DNA from: Candidatus Parcubacteria bacterium
GTDB taxonomy: Bacteria > Patescibacteriota > Minisyncoccia > Phycocordibacterales > CAIJYI01
DNA length: 64,000 nt
Reading direction: 5' to 3'
NCBI GenBank assembly: GCA_026395595.1
Contig: JAPLYL010000006.1
Location: forward strand, 12,146-76,145
A program made the translations under genes and the position numbers. Of the stretch, positions 39,345-48,483 are shown in pieces. The notes beneath the pieces were generated by a model. That model did not search any database. It was given only the letters and a program-made list of their open reading frames with translations, and was not told the origin of the DNA. How positions within the stretch are numbered: position 1 is the first letter of the stretch; every line of letters begins with the position of its first letter.

Positions 39345-39896
39345 TTATTCTGCTATTTCCTTTCCTTTTCTTTCTGACATTTCTTCCAGTTTTGCATTTG
39401 CCTGATCAACAAATTTTTGCATTTCTTCTTTTAAGCTGAATTTTTCGTCTTCGGGAATCTCTCCTTCTTTCTCCAGCATCTGAATTTCACTCCATACGTC
39501 GTCTCTTTCTGAACGAACGGAAACGCGGGCATGTTCGAGCTTTTCTCTCGTGACCTTCAAAAGAGCAGCCCTTCGTTCCGCGGTGAGTTCCGGAAAAAAC
39601 ACCCGTACACCCATAGCATCGGAAGAAACACTCAATCCGAGATTTGCCTCGCCGATAGCTTTTTCTATTCCCTTAACCTGCCCTTTATCCCAAGGAGCAA
39701 CGCGTATCGTTCTCGCATCTTCAATGGAAATACTCGCGACATGTTTAATAGGGGTTCTTGTTCCGTAAGAATCAAGATAAATGCTATCCAAAATAGCCGG
39801 GGTTGCCCGACCGGTACGAACGCTCGTATATTCGGTGCTCAGCCATTCTTGAATCCCTTCCAGTTTCTCTTTAAATGACGAAAAATCGTAGGACAT
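39345..39896 (-). CDS. frr: ribosome recycling factor
   Basis: Canonical RRF sequence (RTGRATPAILDSI..., VRSERDD...). Confidence 0.9.
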   Translation of the reverse strand: MSYDFSSFKEKLEGIQEWLSTEYTSVRTGRATPAILDSIYLDSYGTRTPIKHVASISIEDARTIRVAPWDKGQVKGIEKAIGEANLGLSVSSDAMGVRVFFPELTAERRAALLKVTREKLEHARVSVRSERDDVWSEIQMLEKEGEIPEDEKFSLKEEMQKFVDQANAKLEEMSERKGKEIAE

Positions 39897-39974
39897 AAAA
39901 TAAATATGTAATTACTTGATAGAGATTTATAGTATAACAAAAACCAGAGGAAAAAGCGAAAAAATAGTTAGATA

Positions 39975-40045
39975 AAATTCCCAATATCCAATTTCAAATA
40001 TCCAATGATAAAATTTAGACATTTTGAATTTTGTCATTTTGTTGG
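39975..40045. repeat. ~60-bp duplicated regulatory-region element (copy 2) upstream of frr
   Basis: TCCAATGATAAAATTTAGACATTTTGAATTTTGTCATTTTGTTGGAAATTGGAAATT. Confidence 0.55.
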
Positions 40046-40055
40046 AAATTGGAAA

Positions 40056-40769
40056 TTACTTTGATTGCTTCGGTGCAATCAAAGCCAAATGTTCCAGCAT
40101 CATTTTGAATGAAGGCGCTTTACCGTGCGCGTATCTCCGATAGGAAAGCGCCAATTCCAGCGTTCGTATTTCTTCTTTTGTTCGTTTCCCCGGCGTTCCC
40201 TTGTTATAAAAAAACCGAGTAATGTCTTCAATGAGCCTTTCCGAACGGCTGACGTCTTTTTCGTCCTTGGCAATCTTAAGAATAAAAGCGAGACGCTCGG
40301 CATAGGGCATTTTCAAAAATTCCGCCGCTTCGCCGAACGTTTCCTTTTCTCCGCTTTTTTGATGTTCCACCAATACGATACGGGAAAGAAGCGTCGGCAA
40401 GAAAAATTGAGAGGAGTGAGAAAGAATGAAAAAGTGAGTATCCGCAGTCGGTTCTTCAAAAATTTTGAGTAAAGAATTCTGCGCTTCCGTCGTGAAAGAA
40501 TTAGCAATAACGACGAATATCTTTTTCCCTCCTTCAGCAAAAGAATGTCGCGATTGCATTTCCTTGAGCGCTCGCCCGTCGTCAATGCCGAAAGAAATAA
40601 ACTCCTGCTCCGAAAAATCCGGATTCCCTGTCGTTGATATTTGAAACTCGCCCTCAAGAAAATCCCGAAGCGCCGTCTTCATAAGATCGGGATCCCCCTC
40701 AATCAAAAAAGCATGGTGAAAAAACCCGTTTTCAAAATTCCCTATTTTTTGTTTCCAAGATGAGTTCAT
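40056..40769 (-). CDS. holB: DNA polymerase III delta-prime subunit-like AAA+ protein
   Basis: HAFLIEG, box NSLLKIFEEP, LLSRI sensor motif. Confidence 0.55.
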   Translation of the reverse strand: MNSSWKQKIGNFENGFFHHAFLIEGDPDLMKTALRDFLEGEFQISTTGNPDFSEQEFISFGIDDGRALKEMQSRHSFAEGGKKIFVVIANSFTTEAQNSLLKIFEEPTADTHFFILSHSSQFFLPTLLSRIVLVEHQKSGEKETFGEAAEFLKMPYAERLAFILKIAKDEKDVSRSERLIEDITRFFYNKGTPGKRTKEEIRTLELALSYRRYAHGKAPSFKMMLEHLALIAPKQSK

Positions 40770-40831
40770 AGACGAGTTATTAACTTTTTGCTTGACTATT
40801 ATAGTTGATAGGTGTAGTATATAATTAATAC

Positions 40832-41374
40832 TTACGAAAGAGACCCCTGTGCGGTTTTGTCCACACCGGGGGCTTTTTCTTTTCTTTTTTCAATAAAACC
40901 ACGCACCCCGTCTAAATATGTTATGGGGGTATTAGTCCTTTTTAGTAAAACCGAGCATTGCTCTTTTCTATGAGGTGAAAGAATAATGCGAAGTTTTTTT
41001 CGCTCGTGCAAAAAATTCACCATACCCGCATAATCTCCATCGCTGGAAACGATAACCAATTGTTCCGCATCGCTTTCAAAAACATCTTTTACAGAATGCA
41101 ATACGAGGTCGGCATCACAATTTCCTTTTATTTTTTCTTCTCCGTCGTATACGGTTTCTTTAAATATTAAAACGAACCCTGCTTCTTGGAGATAGACATA
41201 AAGCTCCTTATATTTTGGTATCAATCCAATAAATAAATACGCACGTGTTACGCCATATTTTTCCGTAAGCCACACACGAAAACGGGCATAATCAAGTTTC
41301 CAGCCCAAACTATCTATTCCTTTATGCAAGTTTGCTCCGTCTATATAGGCATAATTATTTCGTTTTGGTTTCAT
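40832..41374 (-). CDS. NYN-domain (LabA-like) putative RNase
   Basis: AYIDGANL, DADL and SSDGDY acidic motifs. Confidence 0.55.
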   Translation of the reverse strand: MKPKRNNYAYIDGANLHKGIDSLGWKLDYARFRVWLTEKYGVTRAYLFIGLIPKYKELYVYLQEAGFVLIFKETVYDGEEKIKGNCDADLVLHSVKDVFESDAEQLVIVSSDGDYAGMVNFLHERKKLRIILSPHRKEQCSVLLKRTNTPITYLDGVRGFIEKRKEKAPGVDKTAQGSLS

Positions 41375-41880
41375 GAGTTGTCTTTACTCGTAAGTTTCTC
41401 AAGTTCCTTGAAGATTTTATCGTTAAAATTATTCGGTTTGAGTTTTAAAATAGCTTCAGCATTTTTTAAACAGTACAAAAGTTGCTCTTTATTGTCTTGA
41501 GAAGAATACCATTTAAAGCCATCAATAATATCAGCTGTTTTTACAATAAGAGCCTCTTCTCCATTTTGTACACAGCGGGAAATTAACTCAGTTGTCTTTT
41601 CTCCTTTTTTAAAATCTTTTGTACTCGCAAGCACCAGTTTTGTAATGCGGTCTCCAAATTCTTTTTTTAGGAATGATTCGTCGATATTGAACCACTCTAT
41701 GGCATCATGTAAAATTCCAGACAAGACAATGTGCTCAGGATATTTATTTTCGTAAAGATAAACACCAACGCGAATATCATGAAATAAAACAGGTTTTCTT
41801 GCGTGATCATCAACGGGAGGCAAATGTGCGGATAAAAGCTGCACGGCTTTTTCAAATGAGGCGCCAAATGTTTCTTTCAT
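41371..41880 (-). CDS. HD-domain phosphohydrolase
   Basis: FHD...GILHDAIE...D motifs; 4-bp overlap (ATGA) with the downstream NYN gene. Confidence 0.5.
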   Translation of the reverse strand: MKETFGASFEKAVQLLSAHLPPVDDHARKPVLFHDIRVGVYLYENKYPEHIVLSGILHDAIEWFNIDESFLKKEFGDRITKLVLASTKDFKKGEKTTELISRCVQNGEEALIVKTADIIDGFKWYSSQDNKEQLLYCLKNAEAILKLKPNNFNDKIFKELEKLTSKDNS

Positions 41881-41930
41881 AGTTAAAGGGGTCAGGTACG
41901 ATTGTTTTGTAAAATCTATGTTGTAATTTC

Positions 41931-42944
41931 TTATCTTTTTGCGATAATGCTCTTCTTGTATACTTCAATATGTTCCAGCGCTATTCCCGTTCCTTTGGAA
42001 ACGCAGTAGAGGGCATCTTCGGCGAGACGGGCTTTGACTCCGGTTTTTCGGAAAACGAGTTCCGGCAGGTTGCGGAGCATGGAAGAACCTCCGGTCATAA
42101 TAATGCCTTGGTCAATAATGTCGGCGGAAAGCTCTGGGGGAGTTTCTTGCAAAACATCTTTAATGGCTTTCACGATTTCAATAAGTTCCATCTGAATGGC
42201 TTTCACGATTTCATTCGTTCCGATGCTGGCAGAGCGAGGAAGTCCGGAAATAAAATCGCGTCCTTTGATGATGAGAAAAATTTCTTCTTCAAGCGGAATA
42301 GCGGAACCGATTTTCATTTTTATCGTTTCGGATGTTTTATCTCCTACCGCAAGATTGAAAACTTTTTTGATGTAGTCGGCAATAGCTCGGTCTATTTTAT
42401 CCCCGGCACACTTCACGGATTTTGATGCGACAATACCTCCGAGAGAAATCACGGCAACGTCGGTCGTTCCCCCTCCGATATCCACTACCATATGTCCGCA
42501 CGGTTCTTGAATCGGTATTCCCGCGCCAATAGCCGCGAGTATCGGCTCTTTCACGACGTACGCATTTTTCGCGCCCGCTTTTATGGCCGCTTCCACCACC
42601 GCGCGCCGTTCGGTTGAGGTAACTCCTGCCGGAACGGAAATCATGACCTCCGGTTTAAAAAGACTCCATTTCCCGAGCGCTTTATTGATGAAATACCGCA
42701 GCATAGCTTCGGTAACGCGATAATCGGCAATAACTCCATCACGCATAGGCCGATAGGCGATGATGTCGTCAGGCGTTCGACCGACCATATGTTTGGCATC
42801 AATACCGACGGCAAGAATTTTATTAGTGTGGGGAGAAACCGCTACCACGGAAGGCTCATTCAGAACGATTCCCTTTCCCGGCATAAACACAAGCGTATTC
42901 GCCGTCCCGAGATCTATCCCCAATTTATTCGTAAAAAGCGACAT
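41931..42944 (-). CDS. MreB-like actin homolog (second paralog)
   Basis: LGIDLGTANTLVFM, DIGGGTTD motifs; start trimmed to Met34 of the track ORF. Confidence 0.75.
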   Translation of the reverse strand: MSLFTNKLGIDLGTANTLVFMPGKGIVLNEPSVVAVSPHTNKILAVGIDAKHMVGRTPDDIIAYRPMRDGVIADYRVTEAMLRYFINKALGKWSLFKPEVMISVPAGVTSTERRAVVEAAIKAGAKNAYVVKEPILAAIGAGIPIQEPCGHMVVDIGGGTTDVAVISLGGIVASKSVKCAGDKIDRAIADYIKKVFNLAVGDKTSETIKMKIGSAIPLEEEIFLIIKGRDFISGLPRSASIGTNEIVKAIQMELIEIVKAIKDVLQETPPELSADIIDQGIIMTGGSSMLRNLPELVFRKTGVKARLAEDALYCVSKGTGIALEHIEVYKKSIIAKR

Positions 42945-43058
42945 AAGTATTCTTATAGTAAACGAAATGAGCCCAAGGCGCAACCGCGCCCTCTTCGTCA
43001 CTCGGAACAAACTATGGCGAGCGAAGAAAAAACACCCCGACAAGTCGGGGTGCGGTTT

Positions 43059-44174
43059 TTATCGTTCAAGCTCAAACAAAAGCTTTGAGGAAAACGGGTG
43101 TTCCTGCGAATACTCGTAAAATCTTTTGCAGGCATTCAGTTTTTCTTCATTTATCGGCGTCTTGAGAGGAAGAAGGTATTTCTCGCCTTTGAATTCTTTT
43201 CTCAAAAATTCATAAAGATACTGATCATTATCAAATTGAGACAAAAATCTTTCGTTGGTCGGATCAACTTCCAGCCAGCCGTAAGGCGGTATGTATATCG
43301 CCGCCCACGCGTGGTGCCCTTCATCTTTCATATAACCGATCACCGTCATCGCCGGTATTCCCATGCTTCGGCAGAGAGCGACAAAAACATTTGAGATGCA
43401 ATCGCATTTTCCCATTCCATCCATGATTATTTTCCCGGCGGACCGAGTTTTTCGCCCTTCCCACGTGTAAAAGAACAGATGGCGGAATGGCTTGAGTTTT
43501 CCCGTAAGGTAACGGGCTTGTTCAAGCGGATCTTTTCGGTCAGAAGGAAATTTTATTCCTACTGACGTCTCTCTTATTCTCTCCGAAGGAAGCAAAGGGA
43601 AACTTAACTTGAGAATCGTGTAAGGGTCCCTCTTGCCTTCAGGAAAAGAAGCGATGACTCTTTTTATATTTTCCACGGTTGCCCGAGGAAGAAGCGAATA
43701 AGATATATTTTCATGAACCCAAGCATACGCCTTAGAGGCTTTGGTATAGAGATTTTTTATCTCATTGCTGGAAAAACCGGACAGTATCTTTTTGGTAACA
43801 TCGCGAACCGGCGATGACATGAAATCAAAGTCTTCTGTTTCTCTCAAATACTCTCGCCAATCATACCGGTTCACGGAATCGTGGCATAAAGACGGACGAA
43901 GGCCTTCTTTTGCTGTAAGAGAAGTAACCAAACAAAGCGCGCTGGCGGTTTTGCTTCTGTCTGCGACGTGCAGCCAAAAACGGTCATTTTTCCAATTTGT
44001 GCTTTCTATATTTTTTCCTGCCAGATATTCAAGTTTGAATAATTCGTTGATAAGATTTATTGACTCAAATTTTTCAAAGTTTCTGAGATACAAAATCACA
44101 CTTTTTTCCTCTCTAGAAAAAGAGAAAAAATGTCCTTTGTCGCCCGTATCGTTTTTATGCCAAATGGTACTCAT
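43059..44174 (-). CDS. transglutaminase-like cysteine peptidase superfamily protein
   Basis: GKCDCISNVFVALCRSMGIPA core Cys, downstream GHHAWAAIYIP...EVDPTN His/Asp; start trimmed to remove the overlap with the upstream gene. Confidence 0.5.
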   Translation of the reverse strand: MSTIWHKNDTGDKGHFFSFSREEKSVILYLRNFEKFESINLINELFKLEYLAGKNIESTNWKNDRFWLHVADRSKTASALCLVTSLTAKEGLRPSLCHDSVNRYDWREYLRETEDFDFMSSPVRDVTKKILSGFSSNEIKNLYTKASKAYAWVHENISYSLLPRATVENIKRVIASFPEGKRDPYTILKLSFPLLPSERIRETSVGIKFPSDRKDPLEQARYLTGKLKPFRHLFFYTWEGRKTRSAGKIIMDGMGKCDCISNVFVALCRSMGIPAMTVIGYMKDEGHHAWAAIYIPPYGWLEVDPTNERFLSQFDNDQYLYEFLRKEFKGEKYLLPLKTPINEEKLNACKRFYEYSQEHPFSSKLLFELER

Positions 44175-44317
44175 TACCACCGCCTTGTCCTTCGCGGACC
44201 AGTATGAAAGTTCCAGACAGTCTGTGCTTTGTATATCACAAACAGGAAGAAGAACGCAATTGACAAGATGGCAAAAAATGATCCTGATATTATCAGGGTC
44301 ATTTTTATGAAAGCGCT

Positions 44318-45394
44318 TTATAAACCTAAACTTTTGACCACGGTCATCACCCACTGAAGAGCGGGATCCATATATCCGTTCAGATACGCATGCATGGCAA
44401 CTCCTCCGCAAACGACGCCAATGGCAAACATAAAGAAAGAAAGAAGTTTCCGACCGGGCGCTTTCGGCTGAGCAAAGTTTTGAGGAAGAGAACCTTTCTG
44501 TTGCGCGATATTTCCGGCGGGAACAACAGAAACTTTTTGTCCGGGAGGAAAACCGGCAAATGGACGAGTTGGAGGGGGCGCGATGAACGGCTTTGTTTCT
44601 TGAACAGTAGGAGTTGGAGTTGGGGCGACAACATCAATAGGCATTGGCGGTTTTTCTGTTGGGATCATTCCCTGTTGCGAGTGAGAAAAAAGTCCTGCTC
44701 CGGGCATTGTTTTAGGAAAGCCTATTCCGCCGGAAGCAGTGGGTGTTGCGGGTGAGGTTGGTGAAGGAGTGGCAGTAACGGGTGGAGAAACAATTCGCCC
44801 TTCCATAAACCTCGCGCGAAGTTCTTTGAGAGTCTTTTCATCCTCTACGGGAACGGAAACCGAAGGATTGGGATTTACCGGATTTGGTATCGCCGGTGAA
44901 GTGGTATCTTTTTGTATCTCAGTCTGAGGAGGAACGAATAATTCAGGAGTATGAACCGTCGGCCGAATAGTCGGCTCCAGTGTTTTTCCCGGTTCGGATT
45001 TTGCCATCATGGTAAAAATAGAAGCACTCTTCATTCCGGAAACGGGCGATTTTGATTCAACAACCACGGGTGTCGGTTTTTCTCTCGTTGATGGAGCAGG
45101 CGTGATATTCAACGCAGTCGGTTTTAATATTTCGGGTTGAGATTGAACGGGCGTAGCAAAAGAAGCCGGCTCCGGTTTGACCTCATCTTTTTTTAATGAC
45201 TGGATTATCTCTTTTTCGGCAGAGCTGATGGCTGACGGCATGGAAGTATTGCTCATTTCCATGGCTTCGTATGCTTCCTCTACATCTTTCGCGTCCCACC
45301 CCCCGTGGGTAACGAGCATGTCGGTGATTTGCTCTTTCGTTTCACCTTGAGAATGGCGATCTTTTATGAAATTTAAAATTTCGTTGTTTATCAT
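44318..45394 (-). CDS. Pro/Thr-rich low-complexity protein with C-terminal TM anchor
   Basis: Long PT-rich region and a C-terminal hydrophobic helix. Confidence 0.45.
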   Translation of the reverse strand: MINNEILNFIKDRHSQGETKEQITDMLVTHGGWDAKDVEEAYEAMEMSNTSMPSAISSAEKEIIQSLKKDEVKPEPASFATPVQSQPEILKPTALNITPAPSTREKPTPVVVESKSPVSGMKSASIFTMMAKSEPGKTLEPTIRPTVHTPELFVPPQTEIQKDTTSPAIPNPVNPNPSVSVPVEDEKTLKELRARFMEGRIVSPPVTATPSPTSPATPTASGGIGFPKTMPGAGLFSHSQQGMIPTEKPPMPIDVVAPTPTPTVQETKPFIAPPPTRPFAGFPPGQKVSVVPAGNIAQQKGSLPQNFAQPKAPGRKLLSFFMFAIGVVCGGVAMHAYLNGYMDPALQWVMTVVKSLGL

Positions 45395-45489
45395 ACGAAT
45401 AGAAAAGAGAAAATTAAAACGAGATTCTCTTCCCTATTATAATACCACATCTTTTTTCGGAGGACTCTTTTATTGTGGATAACTTCTTT

Positions 45490-47031
45490 CTAAAATTCTC
45501 TTAAAATGATTAAGGATGCGCCGAGCCCATTTAAACGCGCGACCAGATCTTCGTAACCGCGATTAATGGAATAGATATTGCGGAGAATTGAAGTACCGTC
45601 AGCCGCGAGCATCCCGATAAGCATGATAGCAGCCGGCCTCAGAGCGGGCGGGCAAATAACTTCCGCGGAGTGAAGTTTTGTCGGGCCGGTGATATACAAT
45701 CGATGAGGGTCCGCCAAAACCGTATCAGCGCCGAGCTTGTCTATGTCCTTGGTATGAATGGCTCGTTTCTCATAAACCCAATCATGAATAAGCGTCGTTC
45801 CCTTGGCTTGAGTAGCGATAATGGCAAAGAACGGAAGATTATCTATATTCAATCCGGGATACGGACGGGAATCTATTTTTTCTTCCAAAGCGACAAGGTT
45901 TGAAGGAAATGTTTTGATATCAACCAGATTCGTTTTCTCATTCAATGCCTTATATCGTTTCAGAATTTTATATTTGAATCCCATTTTCTCCAATTTCAAA
46001 AGTTCCAGCTCAAGAAAATCTATCGGGCACCGCTTAATGACCAGCGAAGATTTTGTGACAATCGCCGCCGATAAAAAGAACATGGTTTCAATCGGGTCTT
46101 CCGACAAATAATAGATTACCGGTGTTTTTATTTCTTTTACTCCATGAACGATGATTGTCGTCGTACCGATACCCTCAATTTTTACCCCGCATTTTTCAAG
46201 GTAAAAACAAACTTCCTGCCCCATATAGTTGGAGGAAGCATATTTTATAATCGTCTTTCCGGGAATAAGGGCTGCGGCAATAATGGCATTTTCCGTAACC
46301 GTGTCTCCCGATTCATACAGTATCACTTCGGAAGGCCGGAGAGACGGAGCTTTTACTTCATAGTATTTTTCTTTCGTTTCAACCGAAACGCCGAATTTTT
46401 CAAGAGCGAAAAGATGCGGTTTTACCGTACGAGAACCGAGTTTGCAGCCGCCGGGCTGCGGAAGCTTGAAACTTTTGAAATGGTGAATGAGCGAACCGAT
46501 AAGCATAACGATGCTCCTCGTCTTTTGCGCGGAAGCAACGTTGATTTTTGCCAAATTGATTTTCTCCGGCGGTTTGATTTCAAGATCATTACCCGCCCAT
46601 TTCACGGATACTCCGATAGACTGAAGGACTTCAACCATGCGATTCACCTCTTCTATTTTTGGAACATTCTTGATAGTCGTTTTTTCTTTATTAAGCAGAG
46701 AGGCGGCAAGCAAACCCATCGCCCCGTTTTTGGAAGTTTTGGTTGTAATTTCTCCGGTAAGTTTTTTTCCGCCCTCAATGCGAATGTTGATAGAGCCGTT
46801 GGACACGCGGACGATATCGCGATTGAGCGCATCGCTTATTTTATTTATCATTTCAGTGGAAAGATTTTGTTCTCCCGTTTCAATCCGCGCGACCGCGCTT
46901 TGAGTGGAGCCGATCTTTTGCGCCAGCTCTTGCTGCGTCATTCCGACTTCCTGCCGAAGCTTGGAAATAAGATGCCCGATAACGGCAACATAATTCTCAA
47001 CCGATACTCCTTCTTCCGAATTTGTTTTCAT
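45490..47031 (-). CDS. murA: UDP-N-acetylglucosamine 1-carboxyvinyltransferase with N-terminal XRE-type HTH domain fusion
   Basis: Residues ~20-75 are an XRE HTH (MTQQELAQKIGSTQSAVARIETGEQNLS); the remainder aligns to MurA including the catalytic loop PGGCKLGSRTV and C-terminal RGYEDL...LGA. Confidence 0.7.
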   Translation of the reverse strand: MKTNSEEGVSVENYVAVIGHLISKLRQEVGMTQQELAQKIGSTQSAVARIETGEQNLSTEMINKISDALNRDIVRVSNGSINIRIEGGKKLTGEITTKTSKNGAMGLLAASLLNKEKTTIKNVPKIEEVNRMVEVLQSIGVSVKWAGNDLEIKPPEKINLAKINVASAQKTRSIVMLIGSLIHHFKSFKLPQPGGCKLGSRTVKPHLFALEKFGVSVETKEKYYEVKAPSLRPSEVILYESGDTVTENAIIAAALIPGKTIIKYASSNYMGQEVCFYLEKCGVKIEGIGTTTIIVHGVKEIKTPVIYYLSEDPIETMFFLSAAIVTKSSLVIKRCPIDFLELELLKLEKMGFKYKILKRYKALNEKTNLVDIKTFPSNLVALEEKIDSRPYPGLNIDNLPFFAIIATQAKGTTLIHDWVYEKRAIHTKDIDKLGADTVLADPHRLYITGPTKLHSAEVICPPALRPAAIMLIGMLAADGTSILRNIYSINRGYEDLVARLNGLGASLIILREF

Positions 47032-47414
47032 ATAATTTTCCGATAAAGAATAATAACTATTTGATTATATCATATATGCTATACAGAGCAAGAAAGAAGG
47101 GTAACTCCTCGTCGCCGTTTCGGGGTTGCACCCCGAAACGAAACATTTGGATAACACAATAAAGTTCCGCTTAAAAATTAAAATTTATTTTGTCACACAA
47201 ATATTTCGGACCGAGGTACAACCTCAGTCCGGCAATAAATATAGTTATATTTTATAAGGAATGAGCAGTTACAAAGAAGGAATTTGACAAAAGAGTTTTC
47301 CAAAGGTAGATTGTGCTTAGAAAAGCGCTGCTTTTACACTTGTAGTTTGGCCCTGTTATCGTATAATGAAAGACCGATATCAAGAATTTATTTTTACTCT
47401 ATTTAGCAACCATC

Positions 47415-48362
47415 ATGAAAAGCAAAATACTTATAACAGGCGCGTTCGGTCAGATCGGTTCAGAACTCATCGTAACGCTTCGTGAAAAATATGGAAAAGA
47501 TTCAGTCGTGGTTTTTGACAAAAAACCTAATCCTGAATTTGAGGGTGTTGCGGTTATCGGAGACATCACCGACGCGGAACTTCTGCGCAAAACCGTGCAA
47601 ACCAACAATATCAAAACCATCTATCATCTGGCTTCCCTTCTTTCCGCCGTCGGAGAAAACAATCCCGAATTGGCATGGAAAGTAAACATGGACGGACTTC
47701 GCAACGTTCTTGAAATGGCGCGAGAGTACGGCATCAAAGTTTTCTGGCCCAGTTCCATCGCGGCATTCGGTCCGACGACGCCGAAAGACAACACCCCTCA
47801 GCAAACTATTTTGGAACCCAGTACGATGTACGGCGTTACCAAGGTTGCGGGCGAATTGCTCTGCCAATACTACTTCACTAAATTCGGCGTAGACGTTCGC
47901 AGTCTGCGTTATCCCGGCATTATCAGCTGGAAAACTCTCCCCGGCGGCGGCACAACCGACTATGCGGTGGAAATTTTCTGGAAAGCGCTTGAAGACGGAG
48001 CGTACGCTTGTTTCTTGAAAAAAAATACGGCTCTTCCCATGATGTACATTGACGATGCTATCAGAGCAACCGTTGAGATTATGGATGCTGATCCGAAAAA
48101 AGTGGCTATCCGCACGAGCTACAATCTTTCCGCGGTAAGTTTTACTCCGGAAGACTTGGCCGGAGAGATAAAGAAAGCCGGCGTACCGCTCAAGATGAAA
48201 TATGCTCCCGACTTTCGTCAAAAAATTGCGGACTCTTGGCCTCGCTCCATAGACGACAAACGAGCGCGCAAAGACTGGAAATGGAAACATGAATTCAATC
48301 TTGCCAAGATGGTAAAAGCGATGATTCAAGGCGTGAGAGAAATGCAAAGTGCGAAACAATAA
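47415..48362 (+). CDS. tdh: NAD-dependent L-threonine 3-dehydrogenase (extended SDR/epimerase type)
   Basis: N-terminal ILITGAFGQIGSEL Rossmann motif, YxxxK active site (MYGVTKVAGE); adjacent to kbl. Confidence 0.65.
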   Translation: MKSKILITGAFGQIGSELIVTLREKYGKDSVVVFDKKPNPEFEGVAVIGDITDAELLRKTVQTNNIKTIYHLASLLSAVGENNPELAWKVNMDGLRNVLEMAREYGIKVFWPSSIAAFGPTTPKDNTPQQTILEPSTMYGVTKVAGELLCQYYFTKFGVDVRSLRYPGIISWKTLPGGGTTDYAVEIFWKALEDGAYACFLKKNTALPMMYIDDAIRATVEIMDADPKKVAIRTSYNLSAVSFTPEDLAGEIKKAGVPLKMKYAPDFRQKIADSWPRSIDDKRARKDWKWKHEFNLAKMVKAMIQGVREMQSAKQ

Positions 48363-48483
48363 CGAATAATCCCTCCGAACAAATCGGAGGGATTTTGTCT
48401 GTTTATCAAACATTTGATTTATTTTACAAATGTGGTTAAATAGGTATTAGAAATACTAGCCCATTAGCAATAACGAGGAACAT

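Noticed and set aside
39215-40060. Possible CRISPR array (two copies of a ~60-bp repeat)
   Set aside because: Only two copies, separated by a housekeeping gene, AT-rich, and located in promoter regions; there are no cas genes.
43059-44411. Long form of the transglutaminase-like ORF overlapping the upstream gene by 94 nt
   Set aside because: The N-terminal 79 residues overlap the end of the PT-rich gene. An internal Met preceded by AAGGCGGTGG gives a non-overlapping gene, so I reported the shorter form.
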